From: Bacillota bacterium
Lineage (GTDB): Bacteria; Bacillota; JAAYKD01
Length of the DNA stretch: 64,000 nt
Direction of reading: 5' to 3'
Assembly (NCBI GenBank): GCA_963666425.2
Contig: OY762825.2
Span: forward strand, 2,656,001 to 2,720,000
Shown here: positions 1 through 9,540 of the stretch, piece after piece
Layout: the number at the start of each line of letters is the position of its first letter
Position numbering within the stretch: the first letter of the stretch is position 1
Position numbers and translations under genes: made by a program
The notes under the pieces: model-generated
What the model saw: the letters and a program-made list of their open reading frames with translations, nothing else
What the model was told of the DNA's origin: nothing
Database searches by the model: none

Positions 1-1
1 T

Positions 2-754
2 TCCCGCAGAGAAGCGGAAGTGTTTATTACAACCGGTTTAGTTCGCGTCAATGGAATTGTTGTAAAAGAATTGGGCAGCAAAGCTGACCCGGAAAAAGAT
101 GAAATCACCTTGGCCGGTAAGCCGGTGCAAGTGCAGACGCAATTTTTAACCGTGATGCTGCATAAGCCCAGAGGAACGATTGCTTCGGTGGGAGATCCGG
201 AGGGGCGCAGCTCTGTAACGGATCTGGTCAGCTTTTACAACGCCAGGCTCTATCCGGTTGGACGGCTGGATTTTCAGAGCGAAGGCTTGTTGCTGATGAC
301 CAATGACGGCGATTTAGCTTACCGTCTGACCCATCCCAAGTACCAGGTGGAAAAATGTTATCATGTTTGGCTGGATCGTCCGCTGCAGCAAGCGGATCGC
401 CTCCAACTGATTGCCGGTGTACTCTTGGATGGGGTCAAGACGCAGACGATCGGTTTACAGCCAATCGAGAGCCCCGAGCGCCCGGGTTGTGTCTGGAAAG
501 TCACCTTGCGTGAAGGACGCAATCGTCAGATTCGCAGAATGTTTGCTTTGTTCGATTACCAGACCCTGCGTCTGATGCGTGTCCGCGAAGGTGGTTTACC
601 GCTCGGTGCCTTAGCCGTGGGCAAATCGCGCAAGCTGACAGAGCAGGAAGTGGAAATGTTAAAAAAAGAAGCCGGAGAACCCGTGCGCAAAGCACAGGTT
701 ACACCGCATGATCAAAAATCAGGTGAGGAGCATCCGTGGATAAAAGAAGAGTAA
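2..754 (+). CDS. rluB: 23S rRNA pseudouridine synthase, RluB/RsuA family (5'-partial)
   Basis: Frame is open from base 2 (SRREAEVFI, S4 domain), so the true start is upstream of the window. Catalytic PVGRLD motif, EGLLLMTNDG and EGRNRQIRRM. Confidence 0.88.
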   Translation, partial: SRREAEVFITTGLVRVNGIVVKELGSKADPEKDEITLAGKPVQVQTQFLTVMLHKPRGTIASVGDPEGRSSVTDLVSFYNARLYPVGRLDFQSEGLLLMTNDGDLAYRLTHPKYQVEKCYHVWLDRPLQQADRLQLIAGVLLDGVKTQTIGLQPIESPERPGCVWKVTLREGRNRQIRRMFALFDYQTLRLMRVREGGLPLGALAVGKSRKLTEQEVEMLKKEAGEPVRKAQVTPHDQKSGEEHPWIKEE

Positions 755-2004
755 TTGTCGTTGGCGGCGGAGCGGCCGGCATGGTGGCTGCGATCCGGGC
801 AGCAGAAAACGGGGCGCATGTCATTCTGTTGGAACGCAACGAAAAATTAGGCAAAAAACTGAATATAACCGGCAAAGGCCGCTGCAATCTGACCAACGAC
901 TGCACCGTAAAAGAACTGGTCGCCAATATTCCCGGCAACGGCAAATTTTTATTCAGCGCATTTCATGAATTTGACAGTCAAAAATGCCAGGCGTTTTTTA
1001 CAGACCTGGGTGTGGAATTAAAAATCGAGCGCGGTAAACGGGTTTTTCCGGTCAGCGATCAGGCAGCGACCGTCGTGCAGGCTCTGCAGAAGCGACTGCT
1101 GGCTTTGCAGGTCGAAATTCATTACATGGCGCGGGTAATGCGGCTTTGGCTGGAAAATGGCCTGCTCAAAGGGGTCGTCGTTGGCAACCAATCGCTGGCT
1201 GCCGATGCGGTGATCATAGCAACCGGAGGAAACTCTTACCCCATGACAGGTTCGACAGGAGACGGCTATCTGCTGGCCAAACAAGCCGGTCATACCATTG
1301 TCGCGCTGCGGCCTTCTCTGGTGCCGCTGTTGGTCCGGGAGGAATGGCTCAAGGAACTGCAGGGTCTTTCTCTGCGTAACGTAGAGGTGTCGCTCTGGCA
1401 GGGAGAGAAGAAACTCGCCAGCGAATTCGGCGAAATGCTCTTTACCCATTTTGGGGTCAGCGGACCGGTGATTTTATCGTTAAGCAGAGCGCTTTTAGAC
1501 AGCAAACCCGAACCGGAAGTGCAGCTTGCCATCAATCTGAAACCGGCACTGAAACCGGAACAACTCGATTTACGGCTGCAGAGAGATTTTTTGAAATATC
1601 AAAATAAACAATTTAAAAATGGTTTGGATGATCTGCTGCCACAGAGCCTGATTCCGGTTATTGTGGCTTTAAGCGGTATCGAGCCAGAAAAGCAAATGCA
1701 TTTTATTACCAAAACAGAGCGCCAGCAACTGGTGGCCTTACTGATGGATTTCCGCTTGACAATCAGCGGTACCCGTCCCCTGACAGAGGCCATTGTCACG
1801 GCCGGCGGCGTCGATACCAAAGAGATCGCGCCTAAAACGATGGAATCGAAAAAGACAGCCGGACTTTATTTTGCCGGAGAATTGCTGGATGTCGATGGCT
1901 TAACCGGTGGTTTTAATTTACAGTCTGCCTTCGCCAGCGGTTACGCTGCAGGATTCTGGGCCGCCCAGACTGAATTACAAGCATCTTCCGCGTCTATCCA
2001 CTGA
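736..2004 (+). CDS. HI0933/YtfP (BaiN-like) NAD(P)/FAD-dependent oxidoreductase
   Basis: GGGAAG FAD motif, GKGRCNLTN, ATGG.SYP.TGSTGDG, FTHFGVSGP, TGGFNLQ; typical neighbour of cmk. Confidence 0.9.
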   Translation: MDKRRVIVVGGGAAGMVAAIRAAENGAHVILLERNEKLGKKLNITGKGRCNLTNDCTVKELVANIPGNGKFLFSAFHEFDSQKCQAFFTDLGVELKIERGKRVFPVSDQAATVVQALQKRLLALQVEIHYMARVMRLWLENGLLKGVVVGNQSLAADAVIIATGGNSYPMTGSTGDGYLLAKQAGHTIVALRPSLVPLLVREEWLKELQGLSLRNVEVSLWQGEKKLASEFGEMLFTHFGVSGPVILSLSRALLDSKPEPEVQLAINLKPALKPEQLDLRLQRDFLKYQNKQFKNGLDDLLPQSLIPVIVALSGIEPEKQMHFITKTERQQLVALLMDFRLTISGTRPLTEAIVTAGGVDTKEIAPKTMESKKTAGLYFAGELLDVDGLTGGFNLQSAFASGYAAGFWAAQTELQASSASIH

Positions 2005-2023
2005 TTGCAAAGGGGTTATAGGT

Positions 2024-2731
2024 ATGAATCGACAAACCGCCGATCAAAAGAAATTAGTCATTGCCATTGATGGTCCGGCAGGAGCCGGGAAAAGCACCAT
2101 CGCTAAACTCCTGGCGGAACGGCTGAAGATCCGCTATTTGGATACAGGTGCTATGTATCGTGCGCTGACTTGGCGCGCTTTGCAGGATCAGATCGCGATC
2201 GAAGATGAAGCCGGTTTGGCTGCACTGTTTCGCCGTCTCAACATGGAAGTGATTCTGGCGGAGCAGGGACAGCGAATTTTGCTGGACGGAGTCGATGCGA
2301 CTCCTTTCCTGCGGTTGCCCAAAGTCAGCGAACTCGTTTCACCGCTGTCTGCCCATGGGGAGATTCGGAAAATCATGGTGGAAAAACAACGCAAGATGGC
2401 AGCCGAAGGGGAAATCGTTTTGGATGGACGTGATATCGGTACAGTAATCCTGCCGGATGCGCCGCTCAAGATTTATCTGACTGCTTCCCTGGAAGAGCGA
2501 ACCAGAAGACGTTTAAAAGATTATGCCTGCCAGGGAATTCAGATGTGCTTTGCCGATTTAATGCAGGAAATTGCGGCACGTGATCAGCGCGACTCTTCGC
2601 GGCAGCATGCGCCTTTGCTGCAGGCGAAAGATGCGGTCTATCTGGACTCCACAGTTTTGAATCAAATACAGGTTGTAGAAATGATCGAAGAACTATGCAG
2701 ACAGCGGGGACTTTTAGCGGAGGTGTCATGA
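2024..2731 (+). CDS. cmk: Cytidylate kinase
   Basis: IAIDGPAGAGKST, YLDTGAMYR, DGRDIGTV, RDQRD. ATG at 2024 after AAGGGG is preferred over the track start at 1907. Confidence 0.95.
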   Translation: MNRQTADQKKLVIAIDGPAGAGKSTIAKLLAERLKIRYLDTGAMYRALTWRALQDQIAIEDEAGLAALFRRLNMEVILAEQGQRILLDGVDATPFLRLPKVSELVSPLSAHGEIRKIMVEKQRKMAAEGEIVLDGRDIGTVILPDAPLKIYLTASLEERTRRRLKDYACQGIQMCFADLMQEIAARDQRDSSRQHAPLLQAKDAVYLDSTVLNQIQVVEMIEELCRQRGLLAEVS

Positions 2732-3321
2732 TGACCTACTACCGTTTCTTTTTCGGCTTTGCCAACAGCATTATTCGCTTGATCTGGCGGCCGCGCTATC
2801 GCAATACCATTGCGGTTCCGGCTATCGGAGCCGCTGTCATCTGCGCCAATCATACCTTTGCTTTGGATCCTCTGCTGATTGCACTTAGTATTAATCGACC
2901 GGTTCATTTTTTAGCCAAAGAAGAATTGTACCGCAATCCGCTGCTGCGTTTTATTTTACAGCGAACCAATATGGTAGCGGTCAAACGGGGATTGAATGAC
3001 CGGCAAGCCATGCGCATCAGTTTGAAATATCTGAATCAAGGTGAAATTTTAGGAGTGTTTCCGGAAGGGACGCGTTCCAAGACCGCTGAACTATTGGAAT
3101 TTTATGATGGTGCGGTCTATTTTGCCATGAAAACAGGTGCTCCATTGATTCCTGCCGCAATTATTGGTCAGTATCGCTGGTTTACTCCCATGCAAGTCGT
3201 CTATGGAGAAGCGATCGCTGTAGAAAAAGCGGAGACGCCGGATCGTGAAGCCATGCGCAGTCTGACCGAGCGCTTGGCGGAAGAAATTGCAGTTCTGAAG
3301 AGGAGCAGTCATGGAGATTAG
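2728..3321 (+). CDS. plsC: 1-acyl-sn-glycerol-3-phosphate acyltransferase
   Basis: NHxxxxD (NHTFALD), FLAKEEL, FPEGTRS. ATG overlaps the cmk stop, GGAGGTG RBS upstream. Confidence 0.9.
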   Translation: MMTYYRFFFGFANSIIRLIWRPRYRNTIAVPAIGAAVICANHTFALDPLLIALSINRPVHFLAKEELYRNPLLRFILQRTNMVAVKRGLNDRQAMRISLKYLNQGEILGVFPEGTRSKTAELLEFYDGAVYFAMKTGAPLIPAAIIGQYRWFTPMQVVYGEAIAVEKAETPDREAMRSLTERLAEEIAVLKRSSHGD

Positions 3322-5401
3322 AAGAGCGGAATATTTGGGATTTTGCAGCGGGGTCCGGCAGGCAGTCGATCTGGCGGAACAGCACCTGTCCAGGAACGGG
3401 CAGCTGTATGCACTGGGAGCGCTGGTGCACAATCCTCGCCTGATTGCTGAATTGGCAGACAAAGGCATGCAGGTGCTGGATGAGCCGGACGCCATGCCGG
3501 ATCAGGCAGCGGTGATCCTGCGGGCGCACGGTGTTGGTCCGGGTTTGCGGCAGCGGCTGCAGGAAAAACAAATGACTATCCTGGATGCAACCTGCCCCAG
3601 CGTGCAGCTTATTTTCGATTATGCTAAAAAATACGCCGATCAAGGCGATCTGGTTTTGATCTTAGGTGAAAAAGGTCATCCGGAAGTGGAAGCAATCCTG
3701 GAATGGACGCACGGGAATGGTATCATCATTGAATCGATGGATGACCTGAATTCCGTGGCCAAAAACAGAAAAATTGCCGTCATAAGTCAGTCAACTTTGG
3801 CCCAAGATGTTTTTAAACAATTTGTTTTGGAAATAAGAAGGATTTTTGACATAGATGTCGTAATCAATACTATATGTTCCGCAACAAAAAACAGACAGGA
3901 AGCTGCGGTAAAATTGGCACAGGAAGCCGACGTGATGTTGGTGGTCGGCAGTTCACAGAGCGCAAACTCCAGGCATCTTTATGATTTGTGTTCCGTAGTC
4001 AATGCAAGAACGCATCTGATTACAGGTGCGGTGGATTTGTGTTCGTGTTGGTTTACCAAAACTCGTGTTGTAGGGATCACAGCCGGGGCATCCGTTCCGG
4101 ATTGGATAATTAAGGAGGTAGAATGTACAGTGTTGGAAAACGAAAACAAAGTGATTGAGGGAGAAGAAGTGAAGGTCCCTGAAGTAGAGGAAAAGACAGC
4201 CGCCGAAGCGGAACCCGTCAGCGATACAGTAGAAAAAGCAGCTGAACCGGTGGAAACCCCGGAAGTACCCGCAGCAGAAACCGAAGAATTCGATATGGAT
4301 TCTTTCCATTTGCCACGCTATACCCCCGGTGATATCATTCAAGCGACCGTGGTACAAGTTGGCAATGATGAAATTTTGGTGGATGTGGGTCAAAAATCCG
4401 AGGGTATCATTCCTCGCAAAGAGTTTTCTGCCGATCCTTCCATTCTGCCGACCGATGTTCTGAAAGTCGGCGACGAAATAACCGTGATGGTCGTTCGTAA
4501 TGAAGATCAGGAAGGCCGCCTTACTTTCTCTAAAAAAAGAGCCGATCAACGTCAATATTGGATTAAATTTACCGAATCACTGAAACAAAATGAAGTGATG
4601 GAAGGTAAAGTGCTGGAGCAAGTTAAGGGCGGATTGATTGTTGATATCGGTATCCGCGCTTTCATGCCTGCTTCTTTAGCAGAACGGCGTTTTACCAGCG
4701 ATTTAAAACACTTGATTGGCGAAACGGTGAAAGTTCGTTTAATTGAAGTTGATCCTGAAAAGCGCAGAGCGATTGTCAACCGCAAAATCGTGATCGAAGA
4801 AGAAGCAGCCGTCGCCAAAGAAGGCTTCTGGCAGAATACGCATGAAGGCGATATTGTCAAGGGAATTGTTCGCCGCATCACGAAATTTGGCGCCTTTGTT
4901 GATCTGGGCGGCATTGACGGTTTGCTGCATATTTCCGATTTGGATTACTATCGCGTCAAAGATCCATCCGACGTGGTAAAAGTAAATGACGAGCTGGAAC
5001 TGAAAGTTTTGAAATTGGATGCAGAAGCCGGCCGCATTTCACTTGGCTTGAAACAAATGAAAATGGAACCTTGGGAAGCATTTGCCCAAGAATACGCAGC
5101 CGGCGATGTCGTGCAGGGTGCTGTCGTGCGCATCACTCCCTGGGGTGCTTTTGTCAATGTGCGTCCCGGTATCGATGGCTTGATCCACATTTCCGAATTA
5201 GAAAACCGCAGGGTAGAAAAAGTGGAAGATGTTGTTGCCGTCGGACAGCAAGTGGAAGCGAAGATTCTCGACATCGATTTGAATCGGAAACGCCTCAGCC
5301 TTTCTCTGAAAGCACTGCAGACAGAAGAAAGCATTGATGAAGCGGCCGTAGAAGAGATGAAGGAAGAAGTAAACGAAGGAAACAGCAACTCCGAGAGATA
5401 A
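3311..5401 (+). CDS. ispH-rpsA: Bifunctional IspH (HMBPP reductase) / 30S ribosomal protein S1 fusion
   Basis: N-terminal IspH Fe-S cysteines (GFCSGV, DATCP, NTICSAT) and HPEV, an acidic linker, then four S1 repeats (FGAFVD, GLLHIS, RISLGLK). Confidence 0.93.
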   Translation: MEIRRAEYLGFCSGVRQAVDLAEQHLSRNGQLYALGALVHNPRLIAELADKGMQVLDEPDAMPDQAAVILRAHGVGPGLRQRLQEKQMTILDATCPSVQLIFDYAKKYADQGDLVLILGEKGHPEVEAILEWTHGNGIIIESMDDLNSVAKNRKIAVISQSTLAQDVFKQFVLEIRRIFDIDVVINTICSATKNRQEAAVKLAQEADVMLVVGSSQSANSRHLYDLCSVVNARTHLITGAVDLCSCWFTKTRVVGITAGASVPDWIIKEVECTVLENENKVIEGEEVKVPEVEEKTAAEAEPVSDTVEKAAEPVETPEVPAAETEEFDMDSFHLPRYTPGDIIQATVVQVGNDEILVDVGQKSEGIIPRKEFSADPSILPTDVLKVGDEITVMVVRNEDQEGRLTFSKKRADQRQYWIKFTESLKQNEVMEGKVLEQVKGGLIVDIGIRAFMPASLAERRFTSDLKHLIGETVKVRLIEVDPEKRRAIVNRKIVIEEEAAVAKEGFWQNTHEGDIVKGIVRRITKFGAFVDLGGIDGLLHISDLDYYRVKDPSDVVKVNDELELKVLKLDAEAGRISLGLKQMKMEPWEAFAQEYAAGDVVQGAVVRITPWGAFVNVRPGIDGLIHISELENRRVEKVEDVVAVGQQVEAKILDIDLNRKRLSLSLKALQTEESIDEAAVEEMKEEVNEGNSNSER
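3846..3873 (+). promoter_or_regulatory. Putative internal sigma-A promoter within ispH
   Basis: TTGACA(3846)-N16-TACTAT(3868) in an AT-rich stretch of the CDS. Confidence 0.45.
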
Positions 5402-5450
5402 TCAACGCTTACTTTGACCTGAATGATCATAGCGTTAGAATGAGCAAGAT

Positions 5451-5483
5451 GGGGCTGTAGCAATTTGCTGCAGCCCCTAATTT
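5451..5483 (+). terminator. Probable terminator hairpin after ispH-rpsA
   Basis: GGGGCTGTAGC-AATTT-GCTGCAGCCCC inverted repeat with a weak U tract. Confidence 0.55.
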
Positions 5484-5509
5484 GAATAGTCTAGGAAAGG
5501 AGCGTGCTC

Positions 5510-6853
5510 ATGGCACACCCTACGATAAAAAAAATCCTTTCGCCTTCGCTGGCTGCCGGCAGTCCGCTGCAGCCAGGCTGGCAGTTGCTGCGAATCAATC
5601 ATAAGGAGATCGGTGATATCCTGGATTATCAAATTGCGATTGCCGACGCTTGTCTGGTCACGGAATGGTTGGATCTGGCGGGAACCCCTGTTAGCCATAC
5701 GTTTCAGAAGCCGATTGATAAAGACCTGGGCATCGAATTTACGACCTTAACTTTGGATCAACCTAAGGTTTGTCTGAATCATTGCCAATTTTGTTTTGTG
5801 GATCAATTGCCCCGCGGTATGCGCCGCAGTCTCTATTATAAAGACGATGATTATCGTTTGTCTTTTCTCAGCGGCAGCTATATTACCTTATCCAATACCT
5901 CCTGGGCTGATCTGCAGCGGATCAGCAGTTTAAAATTATCACCGCTTTTTATCTCCGTGCATGCCTGGGATCTGCAGCAGCGGCAGGCTTTGGTCTGCAA
6001 TCAGGATCGCGAATTCCGGGAAAAATTCCTCTATTTGGTCAATCAGGGCATTCAGCTCAATTGCCAAATTGTGATTTGTCCCGGTTTGAATGACGGTGCG
6101 ATTCTGCGCGACACCTGTACAGCACTGCTTGCGCTCTACCCGAGCGTTGCCAGTATCGCGTTGGTGCCGGTCGGGTTGACGGGTCATCGTCAGCAACTGC
6201 CTTCTTTAAGACTGCAAAACCAAGCGGAAGCCCTCGCTATCTTAGCTTTGGCAGAGGAGCTGCAAGCAGATTGTCTCGAACGCTATCAAACACGTTTGCT
6301 TTGGCCTGCGGATGAGATCTTCCTGCGGGCAGAGCGGCAAATACCCAACGCCGAATACTATGAAGACTATCCCGTCTTGGAAGACGGTGTGGGTTTGCTT
6401 CGCTCTTTCCTGGAAGAATGGCAGCAGCTCTGGGCAAAACAGCGTGATTTGATCGCACCACGCCGGGTGCGGCTGGTGACCGGAATCAGCGCGGCTGCGA
6501 TGCTGAATCAAGTGGCCGATCAGCTGAATCAAATTCCGGAACTGCAGGTTACCGTACAACCGATCAGCAATCGTTTTTTTGGCGAAACCGTAACGGTAGC
6601 CGGTTTGATTACCGGCAGCGACCTTCTCGCACAGCTGAGCGCCGAAGCGGGCGAATTGGTGCTGATTCCTGCCGTCATGCTGCGCGACGCCGGTGATCTG
6701 TTTTTGGATGACTGTCAACCGCAGGAAATCGTGAACAAATTTGCCGAAGCCGAGATTCGCATCATCGAACCAACCGCCAGCGCCTTGTATTATGCATTAT
6801 TCAAAAAACGCAGTCGACGTAGTAAACCGGCTTTGCTAAAAAGGAGATTTTAA
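5510..6853 (+). CDS. DUF512-domain putative radical SAM Fe-S protein (N-terminal PDZ-like)
   Basis: CxxxCxxC (CLNHCQFC), DQLPRGMRRSLYYKDDDYRLSFL, VPVGLT, EDGVG, NxFFG.TVTVAGL; lies upstream of der. Confidence 0.85.
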   Translation: MAHPTIKKILSPSLAAGSPLQPGWQLLRINHKEIGDILDYQIAIADACLVTEWLDLAGTPVSHTFQKPIDKDLGIEFTTLTLDQPKVCLNHCQFCFVDQLPRGMRRSLYYKDDDYRLSFLSGSYITLSNTSWADLQRISSLKLSPLFISVHAWDLQQRQALVCNQDREFREKFLYLVNQGIQLNCQIVICPGLNDGAILRDTCTALLALYPSVASIALVPVGLTGHRQQLPSLRLQNQAEALAILALAEELQADCLERYQTRLLWPADEIFLRAERQIPNAEYYEDYPVLEDGVGLLRSFLEEWQQLWAKQRDLIAPRRVRLVTGISAAAMLNQVADQLNQIPELQVTVQPISNRFFGETVTVAGLITGSDLLAQLSAEAGELVLIPAVMLRDAGDLFLDDCQPQEIVNKFAEAEIRIIEPTASALYYALFKKRSRRSKPALLKRRF

Positions 6854-6855
6854 AA

Positions 6856-8172
6856 ATGGAAGCGATTGTAGCGATTGTGGGCCGCCCGAATGTGGGCAAA
6901 TCCACCCTGTTTAACCGCTTAGTCGGTCAGCGTGTCGCCATTGTGGAAGATATTCCGGGGATTACCAGAGACCGCCTGTATGGCGAGGCTGAATGGACCG
7001 GTTATCGTTTCAACTTAATTGATACCGGTGGGATTGAGGTAGAAGGCAGCAACGATATTTCTGTCCAGATCAGAAAGCAGGCGGAAATTGCCATTGCCGA
7101 AGCAGACACAATCGTCTTTATGACAGATGGCAAGCAAGGCCTACAGGGAGACGATAAGGAAATTGCCGAATACCTGCGCCGCTCGAAAAAGCCCGTGATT
7201 TTAGTCGTCAATAAAATTGATAATCTGGAAATGGTCAATGCCATCTATGATTTTTATGAACTGGCCTTGGGTGATCCGATTGAGATTTCCGCTGACAGCG
7301 GTTTGAATATCGGTGACCTCCTGGATAAAATCGTGGCTACCCTGCCGCGTCTGGAAGAAAAAGAAGAAGACGACGATATCATCAGAATCAGTTTCATCGG
7401 ACGTCCCAACGTGGGTAAATCCTCTTTGATCAATGCAATTTTAGGGGAACAGCGTGTCATTGTCAGTGATGTACCGGGCACAACCCGTGATGCCATTGAT
7501 ACACAGTTCGAACGTGACGGCAAGAAATATATTCTGATCGACACGGCCGGCATGCGCCGGAAAAGCAAAATTTATGAAAATGTGGAACATTATAGTGTTT
7601 TAAGAGCGCTGAGAGCGGTCGAACGCTCCGATGTTGTGATGATGGTGATTGATGCGACGGCAGGCGTCACTGAACAGGATAAACGCATTGCCGGCTATGC
7701 TCATGAACAGGGCAGAGCCATGATCATCGTCATGAATAAATGGGATTTGGTAGATAAAGACACCAATACTGCCGAACAGGAAACCAAGAAGATCCGCAAC
7801 GAATTGATTTTCTGCACCTATGCGCCTGTGATCTTCGTTTCCGCTCTTACCGGGCAGAGAATGTCCCGTTTGTTGGAAATGGTGGATTATGTTGCAGATC
7901 AGCATTCTTTGCGCCTACAGACCAGCAGTATCAACGATTTGCTGCAGGAAGCCATGCGCCTGACGCCACCGCCGAGTATGGGCAACCGCCGCCTGAAAAT
8001 TTTCTATGTCAATCAGGTTGCGACCAAGCCGCCGTTGTTTGTTTTCTTTGTCAACGACCCGGAATTGGCTCATTTTTCTTATGTTCGCTATCTGGAGAAC
8101 AAGATACGCAGTACCTATGGTTTTGAAGGAACGCCGATTCGGTTATCCTTCCGTCAGCGCGAGAGGCAGTAA
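6856..8172 (+). CDS. der: Ribosome biogenesis GTPase Der (EngA)
   Basis: Two GTPase domains (GRPNVGKS twice, DTGG/DTAG, NKID/NKWD) and a C-terminal KH-like domain. Confidence 0.97.
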   Translation: MEAIVAIVGRPNVGKSTLFNRLVGQRVAIVEDIPGITRDRLYGEAEWTGYRFNLIDTGGIEVEGSNDISVQIRKQAEIAIAEADTIVFMTDGKQGLQGDDKEIAEYLRRSKKPVILVVNKIDNLEMVNAIYDFYELALGDPIEISADSGLNIGDLLDKIVATLPRLEEKEEDDDIIRISFIGRPNVGKSSLINAILGEQRVIVSDVPGTTRDAIDTQFERDGKKYILIDTAGMRRKSKIYENVEHYSVLRALRAVERSDVVMMVIDATAGVTEQDKRIAGYAHEQGRAMIIVMNKWDLVDKDTNTAEQETKKIRNELIFCTYAPVIFVSALTGQRMSRLLEMVDYVADQHSLRLQTSSINDLLQEAMRLTPPPSMGNRRLKIFYVNQVATKPPLFVFFVNDPELAHFSYVRYLENKIRSTYGFEGTPIRLSFRQRERQ

Positions 8173-8173
8173 G

Positions 8174-9205
8174 ATGGCAAAGAAGATTGCGGTTTTAGGC
8201 GCCGGCGCCTGGGGTACAGTGATCGCAAAAATGCTGGCTGAAAACGGTCATCAAGTCAATCTCTGGAGTTATGACAGAGAGGTTGCCCAACAGATTAACG
8301 AAGAACATCAAAATCAGTCCTTTGTGCCGGGGGTGATCTTGCCGGACACGATTACCGCCAGCGTGGATGTGTCTGCTGTACTCTCAGAGGCGGAGGCGAT
8401 TGTCAATGTGGTGATTGCCAAAGGGCTGCGGGCGCTTCTGCAGCAAATGCCGCCGGGCGTGAAGTGGCTGCCGTGGCTCAGCGCAACCAAAGGCTTGGAA
8501 CCGGATACCGCTTTACGCATGTCGCAGATCATCACCGGCTTGGATAAAGCCACAGAAAATCAACTGGCAGTCCTGTCCGGTCCAAATTTGGCAACGGAAA
8601 TCGCTGCTGCTTCTCCCGCCTCCAGTGTGATCGGTGCTGTCAGCAAAGAGACGGCGCTCTATTTTCAGGAACTGCTGATGCGTCCCTATTTTCGAATTTA
8701 CATCAGTCCGGATCCCATCGGTGTGGAATTAGGCGGCGCTTTGAAGAACATCATCGCGCTGGCAGCCGGTATTTGCGATGGACTCGAACTTGGCGACAAC
8801 GCCAAAGCGGCTCTGATTGCCAGGGGTTTGGCTGAGATCAGCCGCCTGGGCTGCCGGCTTGGTGCCGATCGGGAAACCTTTGCCGGTCTCTCCGGTATGG
8901 GTGATCTGGTCGCCACCTGCGCCAGTCCGCACAGCCGCAACCGCTGGTGTGGTGAACAGCTGGGTCTGGGGCGCAGTCTAGATGAAATCATCGCCAGCAC
9001 CAAGTCCGTGGTGGAAGGGGTGCGCACCACAACAGCCGTCTACCAATTGGCAGAGCAGCTGAATTTGGATTTACCGATCACGAGGGCTGTATTTAGTATT
9101 CTCTACGAAGGCGCCTCAGCACGCCAGCAGGTAGAACAGCTGATGAATCGCATGGCGAAACCGGAGAATTCTGATTTAGCGCTGAAAAAATGGCGAATCG
9201 AATAA
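8174..9205 (+). CDS. gpsA: NAD(P)H-dependent glycerol-3-phosphate dehydrogenase
   Basis: GAGAWG, TKGLE, SGPNLA, GGALKN, GDLVATC.SPHSRN; ATG one base after the der stop. Confidence 0.95.
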   Translation: MAKKIAVLGAGAWGTVIAKMLAENGHQVNLWSYDREVAQQINEEHQNQSFVPGVILPDTITASVDVSAVLSEAEAIVNVVIAKGLRALLQQMPPGVKWLPWLSATKGLEPDTALRMSQIITGLDKATENQLAVLSGPNLATEIAAASPASSVIGAVSKETALYFQELLMRPYFRIYISPDPIGVELGGALKNIIALAAGICDGLELGDNAKAALIARGLAEISRLGCRLGADRETFAGLSGMGDLVATCASPHSRNRWCGEQLGLGRSLDEIIASTKSVVEGVRTTTAVYQLAEQLNLDLPITRAVFSILYEGASARQQVEQLMNRMAKPENSDLALKKWRIE

Positions 9206-9256
9206 AATAAGACATGAAGTAATTAAAACATACAAAATAACGACAGGAAGCCAACC

Positions 9257-9286
9257 TTGACAGCAGACTGTTGTTTCAACTATAAT
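9257..9286 (+). promoter_or_regulatory. sigma-A promoter of alaS
   Basis: TTGACA-N18-TATAAT. Confidence 0.8.
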
Positions 9287-9295
9287 TAGATTTAT

Positions 9296-9519
9296 ACTAT
9301 GATGAAGAGACAATACTGTGGCATTCCCCAGCGAAGATCCGATGGTGAGAGGGATCTGAATTCAACTTTATTGCTGGCCACTTCGGAGTGTTTGTGTCAA
9401 CACAAACGGTGCGCACCGTTATCTGCGATGAGAGGTTACTATGTTTTGCATGGTAACAAACCAGGGTGGTACCACGAACAAAGTCGTCCCTGAGCTGTAA
9501 TCAGCTCAGGGACTTTTTT
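9296..9519 (+). ncRNA. T-box riboswitch (Ala)
   Basis: T-box AGGGTGGTACCACG at 9463-9476; terminator GTCCCTGAGCTG/CAGCTCAGGGAC-TTTTTT at 9486-9519; candidate specifier GCC at 9377-9379. Confidence 0.9.
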
Positions 9520-9540
9520 AATTTTACGGAGGTGTTGAAA

